Source: Catajapyx aquilonaris (taxonomy: Eukaryota). Taken from it: a stretch of 60,187 nucleotides of DNA. The notes beneath the pieces are model-generated. The model searched no databases. It was not told the origin of the DNA and worked only from the letters and a program-made list of their open reading frames with translations. This document shows positions 1-14,591 of this stretch, piece after piece. Every line of letters begins with the position of its first letter. Within the stretch, counting starts at the first letter, position 1. The position numbers and the translations under genes were made by a program. The stretch is from contig KZ538593.1 in assembly GCA_000934665.2 (NCBI GenBank), forward strand, positions 1-60,187. The letters run 5' to 3'.

Positions 1-351
1 CTACATTATTGTTTTGTTGTTCTGCGATGTCAAAAAAGATTGAGCATTTAATAATATGTGCACTTGCAATAAAGAGAAGTAAATGACACGTTATATGGTT
101 TGCCTATACGACTTGTGAGAAGAAAGTACGTGTACAATATTTACAATCGAGCGTAACCTTTGGATAATATTTTCGCGCTTTTCTTCATGGCCCTTTCAGC
201 TATACATTACAGTTTTACAAGCGGACTTTTTCAACTACGCATGTTTCTAGAGTTTTAAGTCGCAGATACAGTGCCCATTATTTTACACGTCATTGCGCAA
301 TTAAATGACTGTAAAAGTTGTTTTCTTCATAAAAATTGCTCTCACTTTACA

Positions 352-1146
352 TTCATACGATAATAATCTAAAGTTTGTTTGTGAGTGAGTTTGTTCGCGG
401 CTATATAAATCCTGGGAGGAATGCCCCTACACATACCGCGGGGTTACTTTTTACGAGGAATTTAATGCCGCATGTTTCAGCTCCCGAAAATAAGCCCATC
501 TCGCCCAACACACATAATACCTCTCATTGCTCCCCTCAACAATATTCTACTTAACAATATCAATATCAATATCAAAAATATCTAACTCAAGTTCCCATGG
601 AAAAATAATGCCCTCACGCAACAATAACACAGATTTACTGCCATCCATCATAAGTCTCGCGACTCTCTTTTTTACACGTCCTATCGCCATAAATTCAGCG
701 CATACGTCAGCGGTCAGCTTGCTAACCGAGGTGCGATGCCCACCTCACTTAAGTTCGTATTGTGTAGTAATTCCCGGGGAAAAAAACACAGGGGATTTAA
801 TGATATTTGGAAGTAAACTTCCAGCCACAAATGCAACCCGACATACATTACCCACGTTGAAAACAATATTTTCCACCATCATGCATCTGTACATTTCTTC
901 AAGGGAAACTAGGGGGACGAGGTGGGGGTGGGAGGGGGTGGGCGTGAAGGGGACAGAAATTTTGGCCTGTAGGTCCAGTTTTAGGCATATCTAATATACA
1001 ATCGTGTATACTGTAGATAGTGTAGATGAAGTACATAGTAGGCTACTATGTATGTTATAATGAAGTGTATTTCATTCTTACATACCACAACCAATACCAC
1101 GATAATACACCACAATACACCCGGGCAAAGCCGGGTGACCTGCTAG
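352..1146 (+). mobile_element. Non-autonomous Helitron
   Basis: 3' end has hairpin CACCCGG-GCAAAG-CCGGGTG (1118-1137) followed by CTAG (1143-1146) and T, the canonical Helitron terminus. The 5' part (TCATACGATAATAATCTAAAGTTTGTTTGTGAGTGAGTTTGTTCGCG) resembles insect non-autonomous Helitron starts. 5' boundary approximate. Confidence 0.7.
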
Positions 1147-2779
1147 TTCTTAATAAATGCAAACAACCGACATAAACACAATTGTTGCGCAGCTTCCTAC
1201 AGTAGGATTTATTGTACGAAAACATCGAGTTCAATTTCCTCAATTGATCAGGCATACACAACTGGCATCAATGTTTGTTGCCGTCAGCAAAAGAATGAGG
1301 AACAAATATGATGGCAATCTACCAACATTGAACCAAAACTATGTGGCTTGGTAGCTTTCTTTTGCTCCCTAATGAAAGGGCAAACGTTCAGAAAAGGAAT
1401 TGTTGCCAACCTATTCTTACAGAAAAACAGCAGTTTTCCTTGCCCCTGCCACCGAATTGATATTTCCTGCTACACCAAAGCAAAATAATGGCACCCGTCG
1501 GTGGTAAGGGGAAGTGTATTCCACTCAACGGTTTTACCGTAAGGTCGACACTGACGTACGGTATCGTTTTTTACTGAACAACCAGTATTTTATTCCCAGT
1601 GTTTATTATTTTTTATTATAATAAAGTGTTTCTATGAATGTGCATATTAAGTTATAGTATTTATTTATGGAACTAGTACTTTAAAATTATCCCTTGAGCA
1701 ATTTTTGAACAATAACTCAGAATGAAATGATACCTCAGTTCGAAGAACTTCCCGCAGGACATGCAGTATAATTGAATGGAGCACCGCGATAATGATAATG
1801 AAGTAATGTAACATCTAATCCCTTAAATGCTCTTGGTGCTTTTTTGATTCAGTCTCCTGATCAACTTTCTCACACGCGATTTCTCCATGAGTAAAATTTT
1901 GGGACAAAAGCTGGTTTTTAAATTAGGAAATGAATTCCTCAGTTAATTGCATGGGCAGCAAAAGTATTAACTCTAATATTTCATGAAACAAAATCCTTGC
2001 TTGCTAGTTCAGGGAGTTTGCTAGTGGGAGGAGTTCTCATAGAAACCTTGGAAAGGACAGTAAGTTAATGACTGCACTTGTTTATACCCAAATGCAAAAA
2101 CACGAATATTTCTGACCTTCAGGCTGTCACTGCATTGATACCACGTAATCTCATCTTTGGGTGTGACCAATGTGCCTGAGCAATTTGCATCTGAAGTAAA
2201 GATATATATGATAGTGACTCACAGACTCCACTTCATCTGTCCAAGAAGAGCATAGCAGAGTGAAATATTATTTTGAGGACAGTCTAGAACCGTAATGAAC
2301 ATCAATTCATTTGAATAATTTGCGCAATGTGTTGCACGTGGGAAGATATGCCACAGCGGGTACAATACCCTTTAGTCCTTGTCGAAGTCCTTACGGACAT
2401 TCATTATTCTAGCCGATTTCAGCAAACTTGCTTGCATGCAGCTGAGCATCGAGGATACTGGTGGGTACAAGGTGACCGCCATCAGGCCATTCAACTTATA
2501 ATTTCTGACCAACTTTTTGCATTCCACATCAGGTACGAGTTTCACTTTGTTCTTCCATTCGTCCTATAGCGCTGTAATTACAATGTGTAACAAGACGAGG
2601 ATGCTACCTTGTCATGATTGGGTAACATGTTAAAAACCCGACATATATAGGGCCTACGTAAGTATGTTACACAATGTGTCACTTGATTGCATCTTTTTCT
2701 CACTTGCAAGTAGGGAAAATTCCAGCCATAAAGGCGTAAACAGTATAGGGATAAAATGTTTCTGAAGGTAGATATCCCT

Positions 2780-5700
2780 TGCAATTACTAAGGCCGGTAG
2801 TGGTTGTGTTTGGCGAAATAACCTGTTGGAACCCATTAACCTTGCAAGTGAGCGTTGCCACTATCAGAAGCTTAGTGCAACGGACCATTTGGAGGACGCA
2901 ATTTCCGACACCAATTATTGCTAGGAGTACTTGACGTAGCAACAACATCGACGTTATACGCTCATTTTTTTGCGAATCAATATGAATCAGATAATAACTC
3001 CATAAAATCAGGGAAATGCTTTGGACTTCCGTAAAGCAATAAAAGTGGCGTCATGGAGGCGGTTTTTCCATTATGGCATGACCTCAGCCGAACGTGATTG
3101 GAATTATAGACGCAATCTCGTAGCCATGTCTACAGTACATACGTTTGAAAGCAAATCCCTGCTGGCATTGCATGCTGACCAAGTTAATCATCGCTCCGCG
3201 CATGACCTACAAAATTACCGGTTTTTGGCAAGGTCGCGTACAGATGGGCGAAAACGTAACTTGCTATATCCCAGGAACATTTACTTTGGAAGAGTTATGT
3301 AACGTTACTTTACATTTGAATAATAACAAAGTTAAAGGATTTGCTTGTAAAAATGAGTGAAGGGAAAACGAGATAAGATTGTGTTAGCTTTGCTGTATAG
3401 GCGAGTGAGATTTAAGCAGTTAAAATAATTAACATTGTCACTTCCGCCAGACTTAATATGCTGAATGCAACTCTCTTTCGACCACCTTGTACATGAATAT
3501 TTTGGCAAAACTGGTATTATAGAGCCAAATATCTTCAAACTTTTCTTACCATCTGCAGGCATATTATCACATATTGTGAAGATGAATCGTGCTTGAGCAA
3601 GGTAATGAGGCATATTTGACATCATGGCCCTACAGACCCTGTAACGGAACCCATTATTTTATGTCTTTCTCAACTTGCAAGAGCAATTGTCTTTGAAACA
3701 AATTATATGGGGTGTATAATGACACAGCTGAGTCCGGGCAGGGTGACAGTAATTACTTCCGAGTCGGGAAGGACACGTGTAGGTAGACGTTATCTCCTAA
3801 TTCTCGGGTCTGGGGCATTAAAATCCCGAAAGCGGACAAGGTAAGGCTGGGCCCTCCATTTCTCAGGAAGACGAAGTAGGTCCACATCCACTTTCAATGC
3901 TATACGTAACGGATATGCGGAAATAGCGATAATATGGTGACACTTTTTTCAATGGAAAAGGTATACCATGACCCTCTTGGGTCATTGTAGGACTTTTGTG
4001 AGAGCGGGAATAATAAAAACACTAAGTAATATTCTTCTTGTGAAATGACTTTCATCATATATTTTCTCTCTCTTACAGTATATAGGTATATAGTCCGGTA
4101 CCTCTCATGTACCTTGTTGTTTACTTGGCCCTTCCACTCCACACCAAGCCGTCTCGAACTCTACCCCCCCCCCCCCCCCCCCCTTTCTTCAAATAGCCAA
4201 TCAGATCGGGTAATTTTACTCTTGGATCTATTCCATATTTGCCAGCATAAGCGAGGTCCTTAATGACTTGAGGACTGGTCATTCTTGGCCATATACCGGT
4301 CGGTGACCAGTCGGATTGCTATTATATCTGTGGCCAATGTAATGACTTCGGGTACTAAGAGTTACAGTGCTGACATTTCGGGACTTTACCAGTGTCAAAG
4401 GAATAGGTCCCCCACCAGAAGTGCCTCTACAGACAGGTTTATATTATACCTTTCGGTGAGTTAAAAAGTTGCGACGGAACCCCTGACGATTATTATACCT
4501 TGCTCCTGGATTACACCTCACATGACTGTACTGCACTATGTGAAACTAGCTAGGCATACTCTGCATCCGATTTTATTGACCCAATATTATTTAGATGAAA
4601 GTGGAACATGTTTGTAATATGCAGGCGTGCAAATTTTTGTGAAAACTTGGTTTTAGGCCGCAAAAACACATTCAGATGAATAGCACACAAACAGTCCACA
4701 AAATTAGTACAGTACCGTATAGAGTTTGAGTCGCATTCTAATATTCATGTGAAAATGAGAATTCATTCGCTTCTCTATAAAGTAAGTTATGCCATGCACA
4801 TTTTTTTCGGAACTCTGGAGGGTGTTTGTCTTGGAATGTCGGTGGTGGTTAGCGATATTTTGGCAATAAGCTGCTTATTTTCAAGCATTTATTTCATAAC
4901 AGCTAATTTTAGCACTTACCAAAAGTCATCATTAATCCCACTTCTGAATGGTATTGCATATCCGATTACTCACATTGCAGCTAAAGTCGAGCAGAACATC
5001 CCGAGGAACATGGTGTGGTTGCCTAGGGAGCAGGATATCAGCCACTCTGCAAGAGGTGACGAGCACTGCCCGCGGGATCTTCCACTAGTAAGAAACATCT
5101 GGTATGCATAAAACTTCTTTAATATTCTATGTCATCTATGAACATTATTTTTGTATGCTGTTTGGTTCGCCTCCAAATTGCAACCTGGGTCTCACAGCAT
5201 GATGGGAATAAAGATGATGAAAAAGGAGAACTTGACGAGTGTCCTGGATGACATAACATTTAGTAAAGCACTCAGTGCTTACACATTTGCACCTTACATA
5301 TGTGACACTCCATAACTATACTTTTCCAGGGCAGTTGAAGTGATCCCCAATTTGTCCTCAATACTAAATCAAGTTGAGGAGTGAGTTCTGGAGGGTATCA
5401 ATGTTGGTGGACAATCAGGGCAACAAACCCGGAACACTTGGCCGCCGGCAAATGCCGTTGGGACCGAACATAGCACAACATATAGGGTTGTGGATTACAA
5501 CATATCAGGCGGTTAGTGAGATAATTCTACAATGCGATTCTCAGAGCCGTTACAGGTCAAAGGCCAACGAGAGCTTGTAACTTCCTCCTTCAGCATGATT
5601 CTGCTGTTGATGAGTGTGAGTACAGCTGGTAGTACACCTTCAGTATACAGGGTGTTTCATAAGTCTACCAACGAACTTCTAGCCTGGGGAACTTCTGAGC

Positions 5701-8700
5701 GTCAATAGATCACTGTCGGGTGCCACTTGGTCCCGGCAGCCTAGTTACCGAGATAATGGGGTCCTATAGCCTAATTGGCCTGGAATTTGGGTAATTTGTA
5801 CACGAATAGCTCAACCAATACATATAAATTGTAGACATGCATTCCACCACTTTTCGGCACCAAAATGTCATTAAGTTACTCGATAAATAATTATCGGGGG
5901 CTTAAAAGTCACTCGAAAATTGGCCGGAAAAACGGGGGCATGGCCTAAAAATCGCATTCCCACTCCTGCCTAACTAAGCTAACAACAGTGACGTCAGCAG
6001 GCCTTTGCCTCGCTGTCGTTCGATTCCGTTGTTAGGCAACAAACAAAGGAACAAAGCATTCCTGCCTCTGCACTGATCTGTTTACCAACAGTGACGTCAG
6101 AGGTCAATACGATACCGTATAATATATTATTATGATCTTAGCTCGGTCATAGCTCGAAAACTATTGTGGATTTCTTTAAACAAAAAAACAACACCAAAAT
6201 TCATTTAAAATTAAGGACGATTTTTTACATGGGTTTGCAAAATGTAGGCTATAGGGCCTTATTAGCATTAAATAAAGTGTGCATTACACCATCCGGCTTC
6301 TAAGATCGTGGGATATAGGATATATCCTGCGGTGCTATACATCTAATTGGATCATGATATGTTTTTAATTCAAATTTCTTAGTAACACCCAAAATCTAAG
6401 TTTAAAAAGAAGGTCGGGCGGAGGGACGCACACCTGCCATGATATATTATAGGCTACCTTGCGTTTAAGGCCCATTATCTCGGTAACGAGGTTTTGGAGG
6501 CCAAATGACAAGTCTATTTACAATTCTACATGAAGTGATTCTCTGAACCTCAGAAATTTATCCTAGAAGTTTGACTGTCGAAATATGTCATACCGGTACT
6601 TCTCATACTCATGTCAGAACTCAGAACGGAACCAGAAAAAGATCGGCTATGATCTTCTGTTTTTAGCTTCATTTACAAGCAATGCGTATTATCCTGTGAT
6701 TCCATTTTGTGGCTAAAGGAACACATTGCCTGCTACCTATAGCGTAATTATGTTTTTATGTTCAATAAGGAACTGGCTGTTTATTATCTAAGGTGTTGTT
6801 GCATGATTGTGTGGCTTTCTGGCTATTTTAGTGCTGTACATACGTTGCATGTTATACTGCGAGCAACAATTGCGACATCAAAGCAGTTGTAAATCTATCA
6901 TGCTCCGAAGGTAAACAGGATTTTTTTTGTAGCCCAGTGGGGAAGGTCAGTAATGTCACTTTTTCATGGAAAAAATTGAATACTATATAGTCGTATATAC
7001 GTCTGTGAGAGTGAAAGTATTTCTGTCTTCTATAAAAAAGCGTAACTCTCTCAACGCAGTGTAGCCTAAACAGTCCAGATGTGGGAAATCCAATTTTTTT
7101 ATACATAACACAATCAATATCTCAGTATAAGTTTGCGGAGTAATGATGCACGTTTTTAATTACAAAATATAAAAACAGCACGACTAATTAAAATGCCCCC
7201 CCCCCATACCACCTTATTCATATAATTCACGAATACGAATACTGCATCACGACGGTATTACGCACTAGTTCATTAACCCACCCTGTTGCACAATGGTCTC
7301 CAGCTTTGAAAAGATTATAACGATTAGTCATGTGGATTGCAACGTGAACATGCGATGAAAAAGTAGTCACTTTATTAATGCGCAATTTCAACGCCTCCAA
7401 ACAAGGCCCTTAATTATTGAGATGCTAACGAAGTTCGAGTATAATGAACTAGTATGCCTTTAGCAATGAGTAAGATTAGTAGCTTTGTTGACATGAGAAT
7501 TATTTATGTGGCCATGTGGAAGGTGAGGTTCAGTGTCTGCATAAATTACCGATATAGCTAGTTTACAAGTATATAGACAAGCAAGATATCCATTTCTGGT
7601 AAGTCAGGGCAACTAATAGGGCGGCTTCTACTATTCTTTGTGTACATTTTTTCTGAGAAGCCAGGATGAAACACAACTTTATGAGCGATTCACGCAGAGG
7701 GAATTCCTTTGGGGAAACTCGGAACAGTTATACCGGTTGTAAAAAAAAAAGACGTAAGTGTGTCCTTGTCTGATTACGACATACCTGTCCAGTCACAAGT
7801 CGGATGTATAGATTTATCATTATGCACGTCTTTTTATACATTACAAGTTTTTGTGCACCAGACTTGAAAGACGCGGTAAACATAAACAGGCGCTAGTTAG
7901 TGTGCATGCCTGTGTGAGCGTATGTGCATGCAACTGCGATAAGAAAAGTCCTTGTCGCTCATAAGCCATTAAAAATAGTAATTCTCATTAAAATGAAAAT
8001 TCGCACCATTAATGGCATAAAAATAGAATCAACTTTTGGTAGCGATCATGAAGTCGTATAATACTGACCATGTTATTATTAACCCATTATTGTGCTATAG
8101 TATAAATTGTTTGTTATGTCTTACCACGTTTATGAGAAAATGTTCAGCCATGGATAAAATAGGCTATATTAATTTATTAGCCTAACACAATTACAATAAG
8201 TTGTGGGCCCAGGGTTTTAAAATCGGCTTTTCAATATGGTTAACAGGCTGTTTTAAACTTAAATATTTACTTAAAGCCAACAGCAACGTGTGATGACATA
8301 CCGGTATTTTATAACAGTTATGACGCATACATAATTATTTTAGGTGCATTGCATAACTGTTGATGTCACTGTTTCACGTCCAATAATAATTGGCACATGA
8401 AGTTTTGGTCTATATAGCCTTTATACCTTGACGGTGATTCTGTCTATATAATAGGGCCTACCGCACTCTTTTTTTCTTGTGAAGGACAGCCCACAGACAG
8501 CCCGTAAACAAAATATCGCCACTGAATTACAAAAACCGGTAGAAAAGTTAGTTTTTGTATAGCTATACTGTGCCTTCAGCCTTCAAATTTCACGTTTGTT
8601 ATACCAAATGCCCTTTAAATCTGACCACTACGTATTTATATAAGCCTACGCATAATAATTATTAAAAAGATATATTCCTTCAAAAAATGTAACCTATCTC

Positions 8701-11700
8701 GAACAATTGTGATATATGCCATTTGTACACTATAAGTAACAGCCACTTTTATATCCAATTTTATAAATTTAAATAAATCCCACAAGTATATTCCAGTTGA
8801 TGTTGTGAGAAAAAATATTCATAATTATAACTTATCCCGAGCTTGTGGGAGCTCCCAGCGAACTGTGACACACTACTCGCTCACGTACTCGAGAGGTGTG
8901 GGTGTGGGATTCGAGGCCAGCATGTGAAGACCCCCTTATGTAGAGTATTTTCAAGGACAGAAACATGTATCACAGCAGAATTTTGAGGATCTTTTCCTGG
9001 ATTTGGACATCGAGATGACAGAGTCCTACAATCATGTTAGGATTTTAAATGTAACAGTGTCTCGGTGTACTCATACAGGTGATTAGGTTAGGTCCAGTGA
9101 GATATGCAGTGGGATTTGGTTTATGGTTTGCGTGCATTTGAAACTTTATATTCACTGTGGTAGTCATGCTAACGTTGGGTAGGTTAGGGTGTGAGTATTC
9201 GGAACGGGATTGTGAATTTGTGTGTGTGTGTGTGCATGGCCTCAGTAACCAGGAAGACCTGGAAAGATGGATGTCCTCAGTGTAGGCTTTTCTTTAACCA
9301 CAACTTTCCCAACTTGAAGGATTTATTTATCCAGACTTTCCCGAGAATTAGGCAAAAAATGATTTTTACAAGGTTGTTCTAACTCTTCATGACTGCACTT
9401 GACAGTTTCAAGAGGTACTTATTATATGGTAGACTACATAGTATTTTCATGAATGGTTTAGTTTACTACTTCGGACTTACCCGCAGTGGTGCAACCATCA
9501 TCATCAGTGCTAAATGTGACCATGCTAGTAAAGCTTCAGCCTTATACATGTTCATATTGCCACCATAATTATTAACTATACAGGCACTGTTTGTTTGTTT
9601 GTTTGTTTTTATTACCCCGTTCTGGAGCGTTGCTATAGGGGGACAAACTACAGGCACTGCAACTCAAGTAATGACAGTGTGTCAGATTCTCATAGACCTT
9701 ATTATACATTTACAGCTCAAGAAAGGTATATAGCTCAAAATAATACAGTAGATTACAGGTACGAATGGAGTTACGTTCCTGAAAATGTCACCCTGAGGAA
9801 CAGCGCAGATACAGTATACAGCGTAAAGATGCTGCTCCAACGAACCGCAGATTTACATCATGTGTGTTTGTTTACATGCGTGGTAGAACGTAGTTTCCCA
9901 ATCATGTATTATAATTATACAGTATATTGAACTTGATGTCGGTCAACGTACGCACTACGCAGTAGTGATTGAAAGTGGAGGAATATAATACGCTCGTATA
10001 TATAAATTCTCCGAGAAATTCTTCTTCTGGGGAGCCAGTTCGTAACTCGGGTCGTTCGTAAACCGAGGACTGCTACGATGGGATTCTTTTAGAAAATGTT
10101 GTATAGGTGCTGTGTAATTATTGCTCTAATCCGTAAACTGATTTGACTATATTAGACACTAGGTGTCGAGGACCATTTCACAATCTGCACTAAACTCAGT
10201 TTCAACCAAAATGTGACTGGTCAAAATGTGATGGATCTGGTGCTTCACTTCTTCCTTTATTTTTACCTGATGGATCGCTTTTTTATTGCCTAATACACAA
10301 TATGCATATAGTTCGTAGTCCCAAGTCTGTGTGAAATTTCTTTCAGCACTCTATCTATATGGATATTCTCATCATTACAGACTGTAAGTTCATGAGTACA
10401 GATACGAGTATCTCAGGGAGTCTCCATCCATGCATGAATTCCCAGAAAAGCCAGTGACCGTTGATACTGTACTCTACGCACCACTGCAGACCTACCTCAA
10501 TGTCTTTGTCATGCCTGCTTGCTTCAGCTGACCATGGAAAGAAGCGCTATGAATACTTGCAGGTAATTACACAGCGGACTCAATGCCATCTTCAGGAAAC
10601 ACAGGGATATAAAGCAGCAAAGCGAAAAAAGTTCTTAATTATATGAACCGAATAACTTTGCAAGACTTTGCAAAAAATAAATTGGTTATATTATAACATA
10701 TATGCACTCCCTTTATTTTTCCTCTATTCTATTCATCGTGAAAAGTAAGTTATTATTTATTTATTTGTTTGTTTGTTTATTTATTTATTATGAGGGCGTG
10801 TTTATAATATGGGTGTGCGAAGTAGGATACAAACGAAGGTGAACATGTGCAGGTTTGAAGGTGAATAATATTACTCTGATATTGGGCTGCACCGCCATAA
10901 TAATAAGAACATTCCAGTACGGTAACGCAAAAAAAACTGCACTCAGCTGAGGACGTCTGCTTCCAAATGACTACATTACCAAAATCTGCCCTTGATTAAG
11001 CATCTGCTTCAGGCTGGAATGTTGGCGTCGATGCAGCAGTTCCGGGAAAGACACATTCCTACACACACGCCCACGAAGTTGCATCTAGAGGGCAACTTAC
11101 ACACATAAGGATGACATTCTGACCTCATATTATGAGGAGCACATTCAATGGGTAGACTGCATAATCCCTTTAAGGTGGAGCCGATTCACTCATTTCTACC
11201 TGTAACTTTAGGGCAAATAAAGGTGACTACCAAGGTGACAAAAAACTTAAATATTATGCCTTGTGAACTGTTCCCCTGACCACTAGCCAATTTGGGGAAA
11301 GAAAAGAGAGCAAAAACTATTGGGACTACAAGGTCATTTCTTCACATGCTTGTATGGTTTTTCCTAGCAATAATAAATTATTAACCCAGCAAGGAACGAC
11401 TGGATTCACAATGGATTTGAAAACCAGTTTTTTTTTCAGACTTTGTCTCATGCTTACTGTTTATTTTGACTTTTGATCAGCTTTTGATGCACTCTTCAAT
11501 GATTAGAAATCCACAGCTTAGGTACTAAGTACTTGCAGGTGGATAGCTGGCCGACGCCCACTTTCACGGTGACCTCCACGATTATAGTGACCAACAGGGT
11601 CCCGGCTAATGACCCTGCTCAAATGTTGCTCAAGTACCGACGAGTTGAAATTGTCGCTAATTGCTGACTAACAATATAATACGTATTTTCGTTTATTAAG

Positions 11701-12310
11701 CAATTATTACTTTTGTACAGTTACTTTACTTAGGTGCTGTCGAAAGTATTAAGTTGAAGAGAAACATCCACTTTTTTAACCTGAATTTCAAAGAATTTTT
11801 CAGATGAGGTCATTGGGAATCTCCCATTTGGGACCGCTGGCTGTTTTCTCTCTTTTTTGCACACTCTGAACCATCTCTTTTGCAAACAACACCCTTTTGC
11901 AACAGGTTAAAAAGAATGTCCCAGTCAACCTTACGAAAGCAGCCTATATCTAGTAACACTCAAAGTATAACAACAGAGCAACAGCAAATTAGGGCCAAAG
12001 ACAATAATTTATTAGGAACAAATGAGCCACGCCATATTTTTTATAATGAAAAACACTTGCAGCAAAATTCATAACCCTTTTCTCCCAAAGTCTTAAGAGG
12101 ATATTGTGTACTTATTTTCGCCATTTACAACGACCACCAATGTGCCATAAAAGCTGTTATTTCAGCTACAACAATGCACCTGTATAGGACGCTAAATCTG
12201 GGGCTGGTAGAGCGCCAAGGAAAGCTTATGTAAAGCCAAGCCGGGCTTTGTCTTATTCTGACGCTGATGACGATAGGGTAGCAGATGCAGAGGATTCTTG
12301 TAGGCTTCAA
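2780..12310 (+). pseudogene. Probable decayed large lipid transfer protein (vitellogenin/apolipophorin-like) pseudogene
   Basis: AG/GT-bounded exon-like blocks with in-frame stops or frameshifts. ~3245-3345 ENVTCYIPGTFTLEELCNVTLHL and 3451-3601 QLSFDHLVHEYFGKTGII resemble the LLTP segment after the helical domain. 5330-5511 has one TGA at 5382. 11539 onward reads WIAGRR/PTF/HGDLHDY..PCS, like a VWD start (WIAG..TFDG..Y...CS). 11804-11905 reads DEVIGNLPF and ~12190 reads IWGW. Similarity judged from memory of family motifs; boundaries approximate. Confidence 0.4.
5648..6596. mobile_element. Degenerate TA-flanked Tc1/mariner-type MITE
   Basis: Begins TA|CAGGGTGTTTCAT. Left-arm GTTACCGAGATAATGGG is inverted at ~6471-6487 (CCCATTATCTCGGTAAC). 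Degenerate right end CATACCGG|TA. Two internal AACAGTGACGTCAG copies (TGACGTCA at 5989 and 6092). Confidence 0.6.
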
Positions 12311-13822
12311 CTGTCTTCATCGCTTCCTATTATTATTATTTTTAAAAAGATAAATATAACTTATGCAATCCATCAGTTGATTTGTATGCAAGCTGATCAT
12401 AAACTGAATATTTCCTCACAGCGATTTTTAAGAGAAGGGGTAGCCTATATTCATTGAAATGTATTATCAACACAGAATACACAAGCTATAATGACCGTGT
12501 AAAATACTTTTATGCATATCTTGGCTCAATGGAGTCCATGCGACAGTACCGCTTAAACCTGTACTTGCACAACTTCTAGTCAGTTTTAAAACCGAAATTT
12601 GGAATTGCCTACACGCAATACAAAAGACTATGCTCCACACCTCCGCGACACACTGAAGATTCCAAATATTTACAAGCAGAGTAGTGTGTATATCGAAACA
12701 GTTAAAGGGAGTGCTTAATAAGGCCAAGAGATAAGGCATGTAGTTGTGTTAGGAGCAATTGTAATAAAGAAAATGTTTTTCTATGTGATTTTAGTTATTG
12801 TTAATGATTATAACGTTCTTTGTACAGTACAGCAGTCGAGCAGTGTATGTCCACCTGATTTGAGAAGCAATAGCTTGCTATATCCCTGTTGATATAGCCT
12901 GCTGTAGCCTATTATAAGATTTATAACAATTATAATCACAACTTCTAGTGGCTAAAGTAACTGCTAAAAATTTCTGCTAGTGAGTAGCTGATTTATATCA
13001 TATGATGACTATCATGGCGTCTGTTTTTTTTTCTCTCTCTCTCTCTCAAAAAAAGCCCGCTGTTAAAATCTCAGGTTAAAACTACTGCTCATACTGGGAG
13101 CGTGATTATCCGAGACTACACTTTCAGCACCATCTATGTGAAGTAATTCCACCTCCATGAGTGAGATGGCTTTACCCCACCTCCCCTGATTGCGAAAGTG
13201 CTGCCAACCTTGGCCATAAAAACTACTGCTTGAAAAATCTGGACGAGAACAAACGTGATTGTCAATAGCGACCACTGCACAACGCGATTGCTTTTTTTGC
13301 TACAAGCGATTTCAACGAGCGATTTGGTGATAATCTTGTCTCTCTAAATTGCAATGGAATTATAATCAACTACCTATTAATATATACTCCAGCTGATGTG
13401 GTTTGTTTTAAGGTACGTAGCCACATTAACAGCTTCCAAAACGTTATTGGCGAGTAAAATGTCAACGAAAATTGGACCCGTCAGATCCGGCCATCACTTC
13501 ACAGCGAGGGTACTGGATAGTTATAAATAGATATTAGGACAGGAACCAAGACGAAAATGTAGAGGCACAAAATTCAGTGCAAATGATTTCAGCTACGCAT
13601 CTAACAATGTCCTGCACAATAAGTATGACTATGTAGCCTATATTTGTATATTACTCTAGCTCTAGCAGACCGAAGCAGGTTGGTGTGGTGGTTAAGGAGC
13701 CCGACTGCTAATCGGGAGGTCCTGGGTTCGATTCCCGGGGCCGGCGATCCTGTGCAGGTTTCCCACGGTCCCCTCAGCTCAGGATAATTCCGGGGTCGCT
13801 TCCGTATATAATAGGCCACAAC

Positions 13823-14525
13823 CGAAGCAGGTTGGTGTAGGGGTTAAGGAGCCAGACTGCTAATCGGGAGGTCCTGGGATCAAATCCCGGCCGGGCCGGC
13901 AACTCTGACCGTGGTTTTCTGCGGGTTCCCACGGTCCTTCCAGGAAAATTCCGGAGTTGCTTCCGTAATTAATAGGCCACAGCCGCTTCCTTCCATCCCT
14001 ATCCTATCCCAAAGAGCCCAGTAAAATGAAAAGCAAAGAGTTCCAGGCAAAACAAACTTCCCTCATAAAGAGCCGAAAATGGCTGATAACCAGAGGCGGA
14101 TTACCCATAAGGCCACACTAGGCCATGGCCTAGGGCGGCATATTTTGAAGGGCGGCAACCGGCAAGTTTAAATAAAGCAATATTATATAAATATATTAAG
14201 CCTTGAACGAAAAAAAAATTCGCCTGCGGCGGGCTTCCTCCCCGCCATTTCCGACGTGTTCTACTCTTTCATTGAAGGATATTTCATTTAAATTAACTCT
14301 CATTTTAATTAAATACGCGATTTTGGCAATGGCCGTGAGCAAGGTGTAGCGTCTATCTTTGAACGGCATCTATCACCCCTGGCATGGTATAGGGGGTGCA
14401 ATGACGAGGACCAACTGTCTTCAAAGGGGTGCGGAGGCCCGAAAAGGTTAAGAACCACTGGCCTAAACCGTATCCACCGTGCCCCCCCCCCCCCNGGCAA
14501 TTTCAGGACTGGCCTAGGGCGGCAA

Positions 14526-14588
<63 letters not shown>
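13823..14588 (+). mobile_element. SINE family A, copy 2, inserted inside copy 1
   Basis: Second head at 13823, body matching copies at 25974 and 50841, (ATT)n tail at 14526-14590. Flanked by duplication ATAGGCCACAACC (13811-13823 and 14589-14601). Confidence 0.85.
14091..14525. mobile_element. hAT-like MITE fragment(s) inserted in the 3' end of SINE copy 2
   Basis: Starts CAGAGGCGGATTA with repeated GGCCTAGGGCGGCA. Contains a second hAT-like end GGTTAAGAACCACTG finishing at 14460. Right end truncated. Confidence 0.55.

Positions 14589-14591
<3 letters not shown>

Noticed and set aside
527..994. 155-aa ORF
   Set aside because: Non-ATG start, lies inside the Helitron, no recognisable motif.
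5382..5384. In-frame TGA as selenocysteine or readthrough
   Set aside because: Neighbouring blocks also contain TAA/TAG and frameshifts, and no SECIS was recognised; decay is the simpler explanation.
10529..11900. Stop-free chain of - strand exon candidates (..EKFFEIQ / SAISDNF..PAIHLQ / MQLRGRVCRNVSFPELL.. / MALSPL..)
   Set aside because: No recognisable domain and weak donors. The same blocks read on + give VWD-like motifs. Not excluded without RNA-seq.
13671..13745. tRNA gene (also at 18460, 26215, 37140, 51045)
   Set aside because: No proper acceptor stem, and each continues into a shared SINE body with tail and TSD, so these are SINE heads.
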